A DNA stretch of 64,000 bases from Thermotogota bacterium (GTDB lineage Bacteria; Thermotogota; Thermotogae; Petrotogales; Petrotogaceae): contig JAKOZG010000004.1 of NCBI GenBank assembly GCA_029780115.1, positions 248,607 to 312,606 on the forward strand. The letters are read 5' to 3'. Every line of letters starts with the position of its first letter. Position 1 is the first letter of the stretch. Under the pieces are notes generated by a model that saw nothing but the letters and a program-made list of their open reading frames with translations, ran no database searches and was not told the DNA's origin. Below are positions 1 through 8,229 of this stretch, one piece after another. Made by a program: the position numbers and the translations under genes.

Positions 1-27
1 ATAGGTGTTCTTTTTGTTGGTATATCA

Positions 28-1224
28 ATGGAAGAATTTAACAATTTAATTTCCCAAAACGATGCATTTTTTTTCAGACGATTTCTAATTTTTGCCCTTA
101 TAATTTCGATAGCCACTATTATTCTATCTTATTTTTTAATAAAAGATGTACTTATTAAACCTTTCGGTCATATCTCAGAAATCGTTTCAAAAACCTCTGA
201 AGGTGATTTAAATTTCAAAACTAACGTAACATTTAAAGCAAAAGAATTTGTGGCTTTAAAGACTGCTTTAGAGAAGATGCAAAATGATTTAGCTCGTTTA
301 GTTTCTGATATATCAGGAAAATCTGATCAAATACATAATTTATCTCAAAATTTAGCAGGTACTTCTCAAGAACTCAGCTCAACAACAGAAGAATTTTCTT
401 CTCAGATGGAAGAAATTAACAGATCTGCTCAGAATGCTTCTTCGTCTATACAGGAGGTAACAGCTGGAGTAGAAGAGGTATCTGGAAGTGCTCAGAATGT
501 ATCTAAATCAGCTATGGATTTGGCTCAAAGGGCTGAAATAGTTGATAATGCGGCTAAGGAAGGCGAAGAAGCTGTAAAGTCTATAGTTGAAATTATTCTT
601 CAAACTAAAGAAAAAGCTAGTATTACTCAACAAGCTGTAAAGAGCCTATCTCAAAAAGCTAGAAATATAGGGGAAATAATTGAAGCAATAAATTCTATAA
701 CAGAACAAACAAACCTCTTGGCTTTAAATGCAGCTATAGAAGCGGCTCGAGCTGGAGATGCAGGAAAAGGTTTTGCGGTGGTTGCAGATGAGATAAGAAA
801 GCTAGCAGAAGAAAGCAAAAAAGCCACCGATAAAATAGGATTAATGTTAGATCAGATACAAGATGGTGCTCTACAAGCAAATTCTGCTACAGATGATACA
901 GTAAAAGTAGTGGATGAGGCTAGTGAACGTTCCATTTTAGTAAAAGAAAGGTTTTCGAATATATTAAAAGAAATAGAAAGTATTAATTCAATGATTGAAA
1001 GTTTAGTAGCAAGTGCACAGGAACAGAATGCTGCAGCCCAAGAAATGAATAGTGCAATGAACACAGCCACTGTTTCTATAATGAACATAGCTCAACAGAT
1101 TGAAGAAATGACACAAGCAATCAAACAACAGGCAGATATGAGTCAAAACGTTAACAATTTAAGTGAAGAGTTAAGAATTATAGCAGAAGATTTGGTAGAG
1201 CAAATAAAATATTTTAAGTTGTAA
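28..1224 (+). CDS. Methyl-accepting chemotaxis protein (TM helix, HAMP, MCP signalling domain). The reading frame is open back to position 1, so the true N-terminus and sensor domain may lie upstream of the window.
   Basis: Hydrophobic TM segment [20 protein letters not shown]. Heptad-rich coiled coil. Highly conserved MCP signalling motif [14 protein letters not shown]. No in-frame stop between nt 1 and 28. Confidence 0.85.
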   Translation: MEEFNNLISQNDAFFFRRFLIFALIISIATIILSYFLIKDVLIKPFGHISEIVSKTSEGDLNFKTNVTFKAKEFVALKTALEKMQNDLARLVSDISGKSDQIHNLSQNLAGTSQELSSTTEEFSSQMEEINRSAQNASSSIQEVTAGVEEVSGSAQNVSKSAMDLAQRAEIVDNAAKEGEEAVKSIVEIILQTKEKASITQQAVKSLSQKARNIGEIIEAINSITEQTNLLALNAAIEAARAGDAGKGFAVVADEIRKLAEESKKATDKIGLMLDQIQDGALQANSATDDTVKVVDEASERSILVKERFSNILKEIESINSMIESLVASAQEQNAAAQEMNSAMNTATVSIMNIAQQIEEMTQAIKQQADMSQNVNNLSEELRIIAEDLVEQIKYFKL

Positions 1225-1310
1225 AGTTTTATCAAACACATGAATAGTAGGAGAACGATAAGTTTTTTATCCTACCCTTAGTTCTTTATAATTTCAACGT
1301 TGTTAAAGTT

Positions 1311-1919
1311 TCACTCCAAATTTATAAAGTTATTTCCAAGATTCAAATTTTTAACATTATGATTTATATTGCTGAATTCAGAAACTGATTCTTTTTCACT
1401 AATAACTTTGTATAGTTCTGATTTGTTTAAATCTATCTCAATGCCTTTTTCGTTGAGAACTTTGTCGACGGTCTTTTCTAACAGCTCTTTTGAATCAGTT
1501 ATTACAAAAACACTTCCTTCTTTTTTATAATCTTCAACAAAGAATGCAACATTATCTAATTCCTCAGATACTATTTCATCTTTTGCAGCTCCTATAAATA
1601 TTAAATGACGCCTTTTAGGTTTCTTTTTCAAGATGTTACAGATGGTATCATTCCAAATTTCAGGTACAACCATATGAGTAAACGACCTACCTATCCAGTT
1701 TGTTCCATTTGCGATTAATCCATTTATTGTTACTTTTTTTGCATATTTTTCTGGTTCACAGATTAGTTTGAAAAAATATTTTGTCATCAACTTCGGTTCA
1801 CTAGTGTAGATTCCGACTGCTTGACCTTTTTCTAATCTTACTGATGGGAAAGATATTAAAGGTTCTACTATGTCTAAAATAAAACCTTCAGAAGGAGTTT
1901 CTTTAATCATTTTGTACAC
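1311..1919 (-). CDS. Hypothetical protein, translationally coupled to the upstream flavoredoxin gene (17-nt overlap).
   Basis: 202-aa ORF overlapping the 3' end of the flavin-reductase-like gene. No motif I can assign confidently. Confidence 0.45.
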   Translation of the reverse strand: MYKMIKETPSEGFILDIVEPLISFPSVRLEKGQAVGIYTSEPKLMTKYFFKLICEPEKYAKKVTINGLIANGTNWIGRSFTHMVVPEIWNDTICNILKKKPKRRHLIFIGAAKDEIVSEELDNVAFFVEDYKKEGSVFVITDSKELLEKTVDKVLNEKGIEIDLNKSELYKVISEKESVSEFSNINHNVKNLNLGNNFINLE

Positions 1920-2481
1920 CTCTATTGCTTAGAGAATTTCTAATACTAGCAACTATTTCTTTAGTTTCAAATTTTTTAACTTGAGATAGATCGATAGTTG
2001 TAAAAGTATCATTTCCAAGATATATAGCTGGTTGTGATTCTTTTAAAATATTTTTAGAGGGATGAACGGCTAAAACTTTTCCTACAACAAAATCATGATC
2101 CCCTGTTTCAAAGATATTTTCTAGTTTACACTCCATTGAAAAGTATGCTTCTTCAACATAGGGACTTTGAACTATCTCTGAATCCTTTAATTTCAATGAA
2201 ATAGCTGATACCTTATCGCCCTCTCTACCTGAAATTCTGCCTAATTTCACTGCTAAATCACTTTTTTCTAGAGACAAAAAAGATACTGTAAACTCTTCTT
2301 CTTTTAAGATCAATTGGTAAGTATATCTATTTTTCCGGATAGAAAATCCAAATAAGGGTGGATTTGAAGATAAAGGAGTTGACCATGCTACGGTCATCGA
2401 ATTAACGCGCGAAACACTCTTAACGGTTATTAAGCAGACAGGTAATGCTACATTTTCACTAAATCTATTGCAATAATCCAT
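1903..2481 (-). CDS. Flavin reductase-like FMN-binding split-barrel protein (flavoredoxin family).
   Basis: Pattern NSMTVAWSTPLSSNPPLFGFSI is typical of flavin reductase-like domains. Size about 190 aa. Confidence 0.65.
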   Translation of the reverse strand: MDYCNRFSENVALPVCLITVKSVSRVNSMTVAWSTPLSSNPPLFGFSIRKNRYTYQLILKEEEFTVSFLSLEKSDLAVKLGRISGREGDKVSAISLKLKDSEIVQSPYVEEAYFSMECKLENIFETGDHDFVVGKVLAVHPSKNILKESQPAIYLGNDTFTTIDLSQVKKFETKEIVASIRNSLSNRGVQND

Positions 2482-2561
2482 AATGATACCTCCCGTTAGA
2501 ATTATACCACATTGATTTGGTTTTTTGCTTTATGAGAATACTGAAAAACTAAGCAAAAAAC

Positions 2562-2582
2562 AAAAGGGCTTTAAGCCCTTTT
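2562..2582. terminator. Bidirectional intrinsic terminator hairpin (AAAAGGGC-TTTAA-GCCCTTTT) between the FMN-binding protein gene and the flavoredoxin gene.
   Basis: Perfect GC stem flanked by A-run and T-run. Lies 40 nt downstream of the stop at 2623. Confidence 0.6.
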
Positions 2583-2622
2583 GTTCTCCATATGAATTAA
2601 TTTATCTAAACAAATTAAAAAA

Positions 2623-3339
2623 TTAAAATTTGAATCCAGCTTTTATCATTGCATCCTTAACTGCTTCCATCCACATATTTGAACTGCCTGTAGCACCAGT
2701 ATATGTGTCAACTGGAATTGTTCCCTTTTCTAAAATTCTTTGTGCGATAACTACTTTTGCTTCATGGAAAGGTTCCCATGGATAAGTATCTTCTGTTTTA
2801 GGTTCTCCGGTGTTATAAATGTCCCTATATTCATTTAGTATTACATCAACTATCTTACCATCTTTTACAACAATTATCGCATTAGCCCTGTCGTTTCTTT
2901 CAGAAACTTGTGAATGCCCTACATAGGTTCCATCTATTACACCATCAAATCCTTCTGCCCTTTTTAAAGCTCTTTCAACAGCTTGAATAGCCATTTCAGA
3001 AGAATGTGTTGCACCCGTATAAGTATCTATGTTAGTACCGTTTGCCTTAATAAATCTTTTTGGTAGTTCTTCCATTGCCTCATGCCATGGTTGCCATGGA
3101 TAAGATTCATCTTTCGCTAATCCAGTTGTGTTGATAATTTCTTCCAGCTTGACATCAACAATTTTTCCTTTTTCAATAGTTACAACAGCTTTTGTGTAAG
3201 TTCTATCACTTGGATCCGAATAACCAACATATGTCCCGTCTTTCCACGAATTATTCGATTTTCCAAAGAGAGCGGCAAAACTCATTGATACCGTTAAAAC
3301 AACGATTAAAACTAATGCTAGTACTCTTTTTTTGTTCAT
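2623..3339 (-). CDS. Secreted or anchored FMN-binding-domain protein with two tandem FMN_bind repeats (PplA-like), each carrying a [ST]GA[ST] flavinylation motif.
   Basis: N-terminal signal peptide MNKKRVLALVLIVVLTVSMSFAA with no lipobox Cys. Two repeats: DTYTGATHSSEMAIQAVERALKRA and DTYTGATGSSNMWMEAVKDAMIKAG. Repeated KDGKIVDV and YPW(Q/E)PWHEA segments show an internal duplication. Confidence 0.75.
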   Translation of the reverse strand: MNKKRVLALVLIVVLTVSMSFAALFGKSNNSWKDGTYVGYSDPSDRTYTKAVVTIEKGKIVDVKLEEIINTTGLAKDESYPWQPWHEAMEELPKRFIKANGTNIDTYTGATHSSEMAIQAVERALKRAEGFDGVIDGTYVGHSQVSERNDRANAIIVVKDGKIVDVILNEYRDIYNTGEPKTEDTYPWEPFHEAKVVIAQRILEKGTIPVDTYTGATGSSNMWMEAVKDAMIKAGFKF

Positions 3340-3646
3340 TCACTCTCGACCTCCTTTTATTTGTGCATTATTTAACAATAAAAATTGAATTATTTATATC
3401 ACTTTTTAAACTTCTTTTCTAATCTTTATCCTACAATAATTTTATCAAAACTTTGAAGAGGAGTCAAGAACTTTTGCTTTTCTAGTGTATATAAGATATG
3501 TACATTTATAAAATTTTATTGTATTATTAGTTAATTTTATAAAATTAGTAAAATAGAGAGATCTATAAAAGTTCAAATAAAATGATATAATAAATAGTAA
3601 CTAACAGGCTTAAAAAACATGAAATGCAATAGATAAGGAGCATAAA

Positions 3647-4735
3647 ATGGTTGAGTTAATAGCGTTATGTACATCAGGGTTGGAAGCAGCACCTTCTTTT
3701 GAAATAAAAGCTTACGGATATAAAATAATCGACTCGGTGTCGGGCAAAGTAAAATTTTTAGCCCCTCTTGAAGATGTTCCGCTTATATTAAATAGTTTTA
3801 GAACGGTTGACAGGATATTGATAAAAGTAGGAGAATTCGAAGTTACCAATTTTGATGATCTTTTTGATAAGGTTTACAATCTTAATTGGAAAGATTATAT
3901 AGAGAAAAGAGGTAAAGTAGTTATTGAAAAAGTTAAGATAACAAACTCTATTTTATCTGCAACTGGAGCAGTAGCTTCAATAATTAAAAAATCAATTTAT
4001 GAAAAACTAAAAAATAGCTATAAATGTAAAATTTGGGAAGAAAATGAGATAGTTTATCCCATTTGTGTATATTTAAAGGATAATCTAGCAACAATCGCTC
4101 TTGATACAGTACATAAGGGATCACTTGCTAAAAGAGGTTATCGAATTAAACATGTACCTACATCACTTCGAGAAACGATTGCAGCTAGCATGATCCTTCT
4201 TTCCAGATGGGATGCTTCTAAGATATTAATAGATCCTTTTTGTGGTTCAGGAACAATTCCCATTGAAGCTGCATTATTGGCTAGTGGCAAGACATTAAAG
4301 AGAGAGTATATATGTGAAAAATGGGAAATGTTTAAAGATTTGAAGCAAAATTTTTATCCATCTAGGGAACAAAAAGAAATAGATTACAAAATTTATGGCT
4401 ACGACAAAAGTTACAACGCTATATCTATCGCAAAAGAAAATGCAGCTTTAGCCGGAGTTAATATACATCTTGAAAAAAAAGTTATGGAATCGCTCAGTCC
4501 ATCAAATGATATAATTTATTTTGTTTCAAACTTGCCGTATGGCATAAAAGAAAAAGACAATATAGCTGATACTTACCAAAAAATGAGGTACCTATTAAGG
4601 GCTTTTCCAAACGGAAAGTTTTATTTTATTACTCCTGAATCTAAATTTGAAGATTATTTTGGTAGGAAAGCGAACAAAAAATTCAGATTTCAAAACAGTG
4701 GCATTTGGGTTTGGTTCTATATGTTTTATGAATAA
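3647..4735 (+). CDS. THUMP-domain class I SAM-dependent RNA methyltransferase (RlmL/COG0116-like).
   Basis: SAM motif DPFCGSGTIPIEAAL. NLPYG (NPPY-like) catalytic motif. N-terminal THUMP-like region. Confidence 0.75.
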   Translation: MVELIALCTSGLEAAPSFEIKAYGYKIIDSVSGKVKFLAPLEDVPLILNSFRTVDRILIKVGEFEVTNFDDLFDKVYNLNWKDYIEKRGKVVIEKVKITNSILSATGAVASIIKKSIYEKLKNSYKCKIWEENEIVYPICVYLKDNLATIALDTVHKGSLAKRGYRIKHVPTSLRETIAASMILLSRWDASKILIDPFCGSGTIPIEAALLASGKTLKREYICEKWEMFKDLKQNFYPSREQKEIDYKIYGYDKSYNAISIAKENAALAGVNIHLEKKVMESLSPSNDIIYFVSNLPYGIKEKDNIADTYQKMRYLLRAFPNGKFYFITPESKFEDYFGRKANKKFRFQNSGIWVWFYMFYE

Positions 4736-4781
4736 GTTTTAAGCCTAAATATTTGAAAAACTAAGTTAAGGGAGGGGCAAC

Positions 4782-6032
4782 ATGAATTTGGAAGATTATG
4801 TAGTTGAAAAAACTAAAAAAGCTAAAGAAATTTCCGGGGAATTTTCTTTAATTTCTGATTCATGTAGAAAAGATATTTTGAATAAAATAGCAAGTGAATT
4901 AAGAAATAACAGTAATTATATTTTATTAGAAAACCAAAAAGACGTATCCTCAGCCAAAGAGAAAGGAATTTCTAAAGCATTACTTGATAGGCTTAAATTG
5001 AATGAGGAACGAGTGTTTAGTATTTCAAAAAGTGTTGAAAAGGTAGCAAATTTGTCTAGTACCTTAGGTAACATTGTAAAAATGTGGAAGAGACCAAATG
5101 GTTTAATGATAGGTAAAATGGTAGTCCCGCTAGGTGTAATTGCCATAATCTATGAGGCTCGTCCAAACGTTACAGTTGATGCGGCTGCTCTTTGTATAAA
5201 GTCTGGCAATACAATAGTGTTAAGAGGAGGATCTGAAGCTATTAATTCAAACAAAGCCTTAGTGAATGTTATACATTCAGCAATTGAAAAAGCAGGATTT
5301 TCAAAAGAAATCGTCCAATTTTTTGATGTAACTGATAGAAAAGTTGTTGATGAATTAATAAAATTATATCAATATGTAGATGTATTAATTCCTCGTGGAG
5401 GACCTTCTCTAATTAATTATATTATAGAAAATTCTAGAATACCTGTAATACAAACTGGAGCAGGTAACTGTCATATATATGTGGATAAATATGCTGATAT
5501 TAATAAGGCTCTAAAAATAGTAGAAAACGCTAAGGTAAGCAGACCTTCAGTTTGTAATGCAGTAGAAACTATCCTTGTACATAATAGTGTAGCCGAAGAA
5601 TTTCTTGAAAAGTTATACGAAATTTTAAAGAATGAAGTTGAATTAAGAGGCTGTGAAAAAACCTTAGAAATTTTACCTCAAATAAAACCGGCATCGAATG
5701 ATGATTGGACAACAGAATATTTAGATTACATTCTTGCTATAAAAATTGTCAAAGATATTGAAAATGCAATTCAACATATAAATACTTATGGTTCAAAACA
5801 TTCTGATGCAATAATAACTGAAGATTATCCCACTATCATAAAATTTTTAAACGAAATTGATTCCGCCGCAGTGTATGTGAACGCTTCCACTAGATTCACT
5901 GATGGAGAAGAATTTGGCTTTGGAGCAGAGATAGGTATTAGTACCCAAAAATTACATGTTAGAGGCCCTGTTGGTGTAGAAGATCTTACTACATATAAAT
6001 ACATAATTTTAGGTAATGGGCAGGTTAGATAA
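4782..6032 (+). CDS. proA: Gamma-glutamyl phosphate reductase (glutamate-5-semialdehyde dehydrogenase).
   Basis: Aldehyde dehydrogenase-like 416-aa protein. Conserved VIPRGG and catalytic Cys region PSVCNAVETILVH. Immediately followed by proC. Confidence 0.9.
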   Translation: MNLEDYVVEKTKKAKEISGEFSLISDSCRKDILNKIASELRNNSNYILLENQKDVSSAKEKGISKALLDRLKLNEERVFSISKSVEKVANLSSTLGNIVKMWKRPNGLMIGKMVVPLGVIAIIYEARPNVTVDAAALCIKSGNTIVLRGGSEAINSNKALVNVIHSAIEKAGFSKEIVQFFDVTDRKVVDELIKLYQYVDVLIPRGGPSLINYIIENSRIPVIQTGAGNCHIYVDKYADINKALKIVENAKVSRPSVCNAVETILVHNSVAEEFLEKLYEILKNEVELRGCEKTLEILPQIKPASNDDWTTEYLDYILAIKIVKDIENAIQHINTYGSKHSDAIITEDYPTIIKFLNEIDSAAVYVNASTRFTDGEEFGFGAEIGISTQKLHVRGPVGVEDLTTYKYIILGNGQVR

Positions 6033-6034
6033 AA

Positions 6035-6862
6035 ATGTATAAGAAATTATGCATAATTGGTTTGGGAAAAATGGGAAGTACTTTAGCAAAGGGATTAATT
6101 AACGCTGGTATTTTAAAAAAAGAACAAATAATAGGCACTGATATATCAGTAGAAAATTTCGAGATGAATCCTGTTTATTGCAGTATTGAAACTCTAAATG
6201 ACAACATTAAGGCAGTCCAGCAGTGTGATATCGTTTTACTATCAGTTAAACCCCAGGTAATTGATAAAGTTTTAAAAGAAATAAGCTCTTTTTGTAAGGA
6301 GAAGATCGTTATTTCCATAGCAGCTGGGATAACTATTAATCATTTAGAAAGGGCTTTACCTTCATCCACGAAGATAATCCGAGCTATGCCAAACACTCCA
6401 ATATTAGTTGGAGAAGGTGTAATAGCAATAAGCAAAAACAAAAATGTTTCTGATGATGAATTAGACATGGTTAAAAGCATTTTAGAAAGTGTTGGAAAAG
6501 TATATGTAGTAGAGGAAGAATTGATGGACGTTATTACGGCTTTGAGTGGTAGTGGGCCAGCTTATGTCTACATTATTATTGAAGCATTGGCAGATGGAGG
6601 GGTTTTAATGGGGCTACCAAGGAATCTTTCACTTGAACTTGCTACAAGGACAGTTTTAGGATCTGCGAAGATGGTTTTAGAAAGTGACAAGCATCCTGGA
6701 GAATTAAAAGACATGGTTACTTCACCGGCGGGTACAGCTATTAGGGGAATTGAGGTATTAGAAAGTCGTGGTATTCGTGGAACAATTATGGATGCAGTAA
6801 AAGAGGCAACAAAAAGGTCACAAGAAATAAATTCCCAAAGAGGTGTTAACTTTGATAGATAG
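6035..6862 (+). CDS. proC: Pyrroline-5-carboxylate reductase.
   Basis: N-terminal Rossmann motif IGLGKMGSTLAKGL. Length 275 aa. Follows proA. Confidence 0.9.
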   Translation: MYKKLCIIGLGKMGSTLAKGLINAGILKKEQIIGTDISVENFEMNPVYCSIETLNDNIKAVQQCDIVLLSVKPQVIDKVLKEISSFCKEKIVISIAAGITINHLERALPSSTKIIRAMPNTPILVGEGVIAISKNKNVSDDELDMVKSILESVGKVYVVEEELMDVITALSGSGPAYVYIIIEALADGGVLMGLPRNLSLELATRTVLGSAKMVLESDKHPGELKDMVTSPAGTAIRGIEVLESRGIRGTIMDAVKEATKRSQEINSQRGVNFDR

Positions 6863-8168
6863 ATACTCATTGAGCCCTATTAAAGATATCTGGACATTAG
6901 AAGCTCAATATAAAAGATGGTTGGAGGTCGAGCTAGCAGTCATTGAAGCCTTTGAAGAATTAAGTATTGTACCTAGTGGGACAGCTCAAGAAGTAAGACA
7001 AAAAGCTAAGATTGATGTAGATGAAATTTTAGAAAAGGAAAAAATAGTTGATCATGACGTAATAGCCTTTATACAAGTTGTCACCGAAGATATGGGGGAT
7101 GTTGCCAGATATTTTCATATGGGTCTAACTTCTTCAGATGTAGTAGATACAGCTAATGCACTAGCAATTAAAAGAGCTGGGCAGCTAATAGAAAATGAAC
7201 TAGAAAGGTATATAATTTCGTTGAAAAAGTTAGCTTTGCGTCATAAATATACTGTAATTGTTGGTAGAACTCATGGAGTCCATGCAGAACCAACTTCTTT
7301 TGGTTTGAAGATTTTGAGTTTTGTAGCTGAGGCTGAAAGAAATAAAGAAAGATTAAAACAAACTATCGGTAATATCTCACAAGGTAAAATTAGTGGTGCT
7401 GTGGGGAATTACGCTAATTTAGATCCTCAAGTAGAACAGATTGCTTTAAAAAAACTAGATCTTTATCCTTGTAAAGTTTCAACGCAAGTGGTTCCTAGAG
7501 ATCTTCATGCTGAATTTTTTAGTATTTTGGCTTTAATAGGAGCTTCTATTGAGAGATTTGCTGTCGAAATAAGGCATCTTCAAAAAACAGAAGTATTGGA
7601 AGTGGAAGAACCGTTTAGAAAAGGGCAGAGAGGTTCTTCTGCAATGCCTCATAAGAAAAATCCTATTTTATGTGAGCGATTAACTGGTATGTCTAGAATG
7701 TTGAGATCTTACGTTACGGCTGCTTATGAAAGTATTTCGTTGTGGCATGAAAGGGACATTTCACATTCTTCAGTCGAAAGAGTGTTTATGCCCGATGCTA
7801 CTATTTTAGCTTTTTATATGTTAAATAAAGCTGATTACTTAGCAAGTAACTTGGTAGTTCATGAAGATACAATGAAAGCAAACATAGAAAAATCATATAA
7901 TCTAGTGTATTCCCAAAGGGTGCTTTTAAAACTTGTTGAAAAGGGTTTTAGTAGAGAAAAAGCTTATGAATTGGTTCAAGAGTGTGCAATGAAAGCTTGG
8001 GATCAAAAAGAGGATTTTAAAAAAATACTTTCTCATAACCCACAAATTATGGATAATTTCTCACAGGAAGAATTTGATGATTTGTTTTCTCCTCAATACT
8101 ATCTAAGGAATATTAATGAAGTATTTAATAGATTTGATTTTAGTGCAGTTGAAACAGCCAATTTGTGA
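6852..8168 (+). CDS. purB: Adenylosuccinate lyase. Likely TTG start at 6852 (MIDRYSL...) overlapping the proC stop; the longer GTG start at 6843 is an alternative.
   Basis: Fumarate-lyase signature GSSAMPHKKNP. N-terminus IDRYSLSPIKDIW is typical of PurB. SD AGAGGTG lies 7 nt before the TTG. Confidence 0.9.
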   Translation: MIDRYSLSPIKDIWTLEAQYKRWLEVELAVIEAFEELSIVPSGTAQEVRQKAKIDVDEILEKEKIVDHDVIAFIQVVTEDMGDVARYFHMGLTSSDVVDTANALAIKRAGQLIENELERYIISLKKLALRHKYTVIVGRTHGVHAEPTSFGLKILSFVAEAERNKERLKQTIGNISQGKISGAVGNYANLDPQVEQIALKKLDLYPCKVSTQVVPRDLHAEFFSILALIGASIERFAVEIRHLQKTEVLEVEEPFRKGQRGSSAMPHKKNPILCERLTGMSRMLRSYVTAAYESISLWHERDISHSSVERVFMPDATILAFYMLNKADYLASNLVVHEDTMKANIEKSYNLVYSQRVLLKLVEKGFSREKAYELVQECAMKAWDQKEDFKKILSHNPQIMDNFSQEEFDDLFSPQYYLRNINEVFNRFDFSAVETANL

Positions 8169-8229
8169 AGGAAGGAGGAAGGCGTGTTGTTTTCATTTGC
8201 TTAAATAATAAACAGGGCGCCAAAATATT

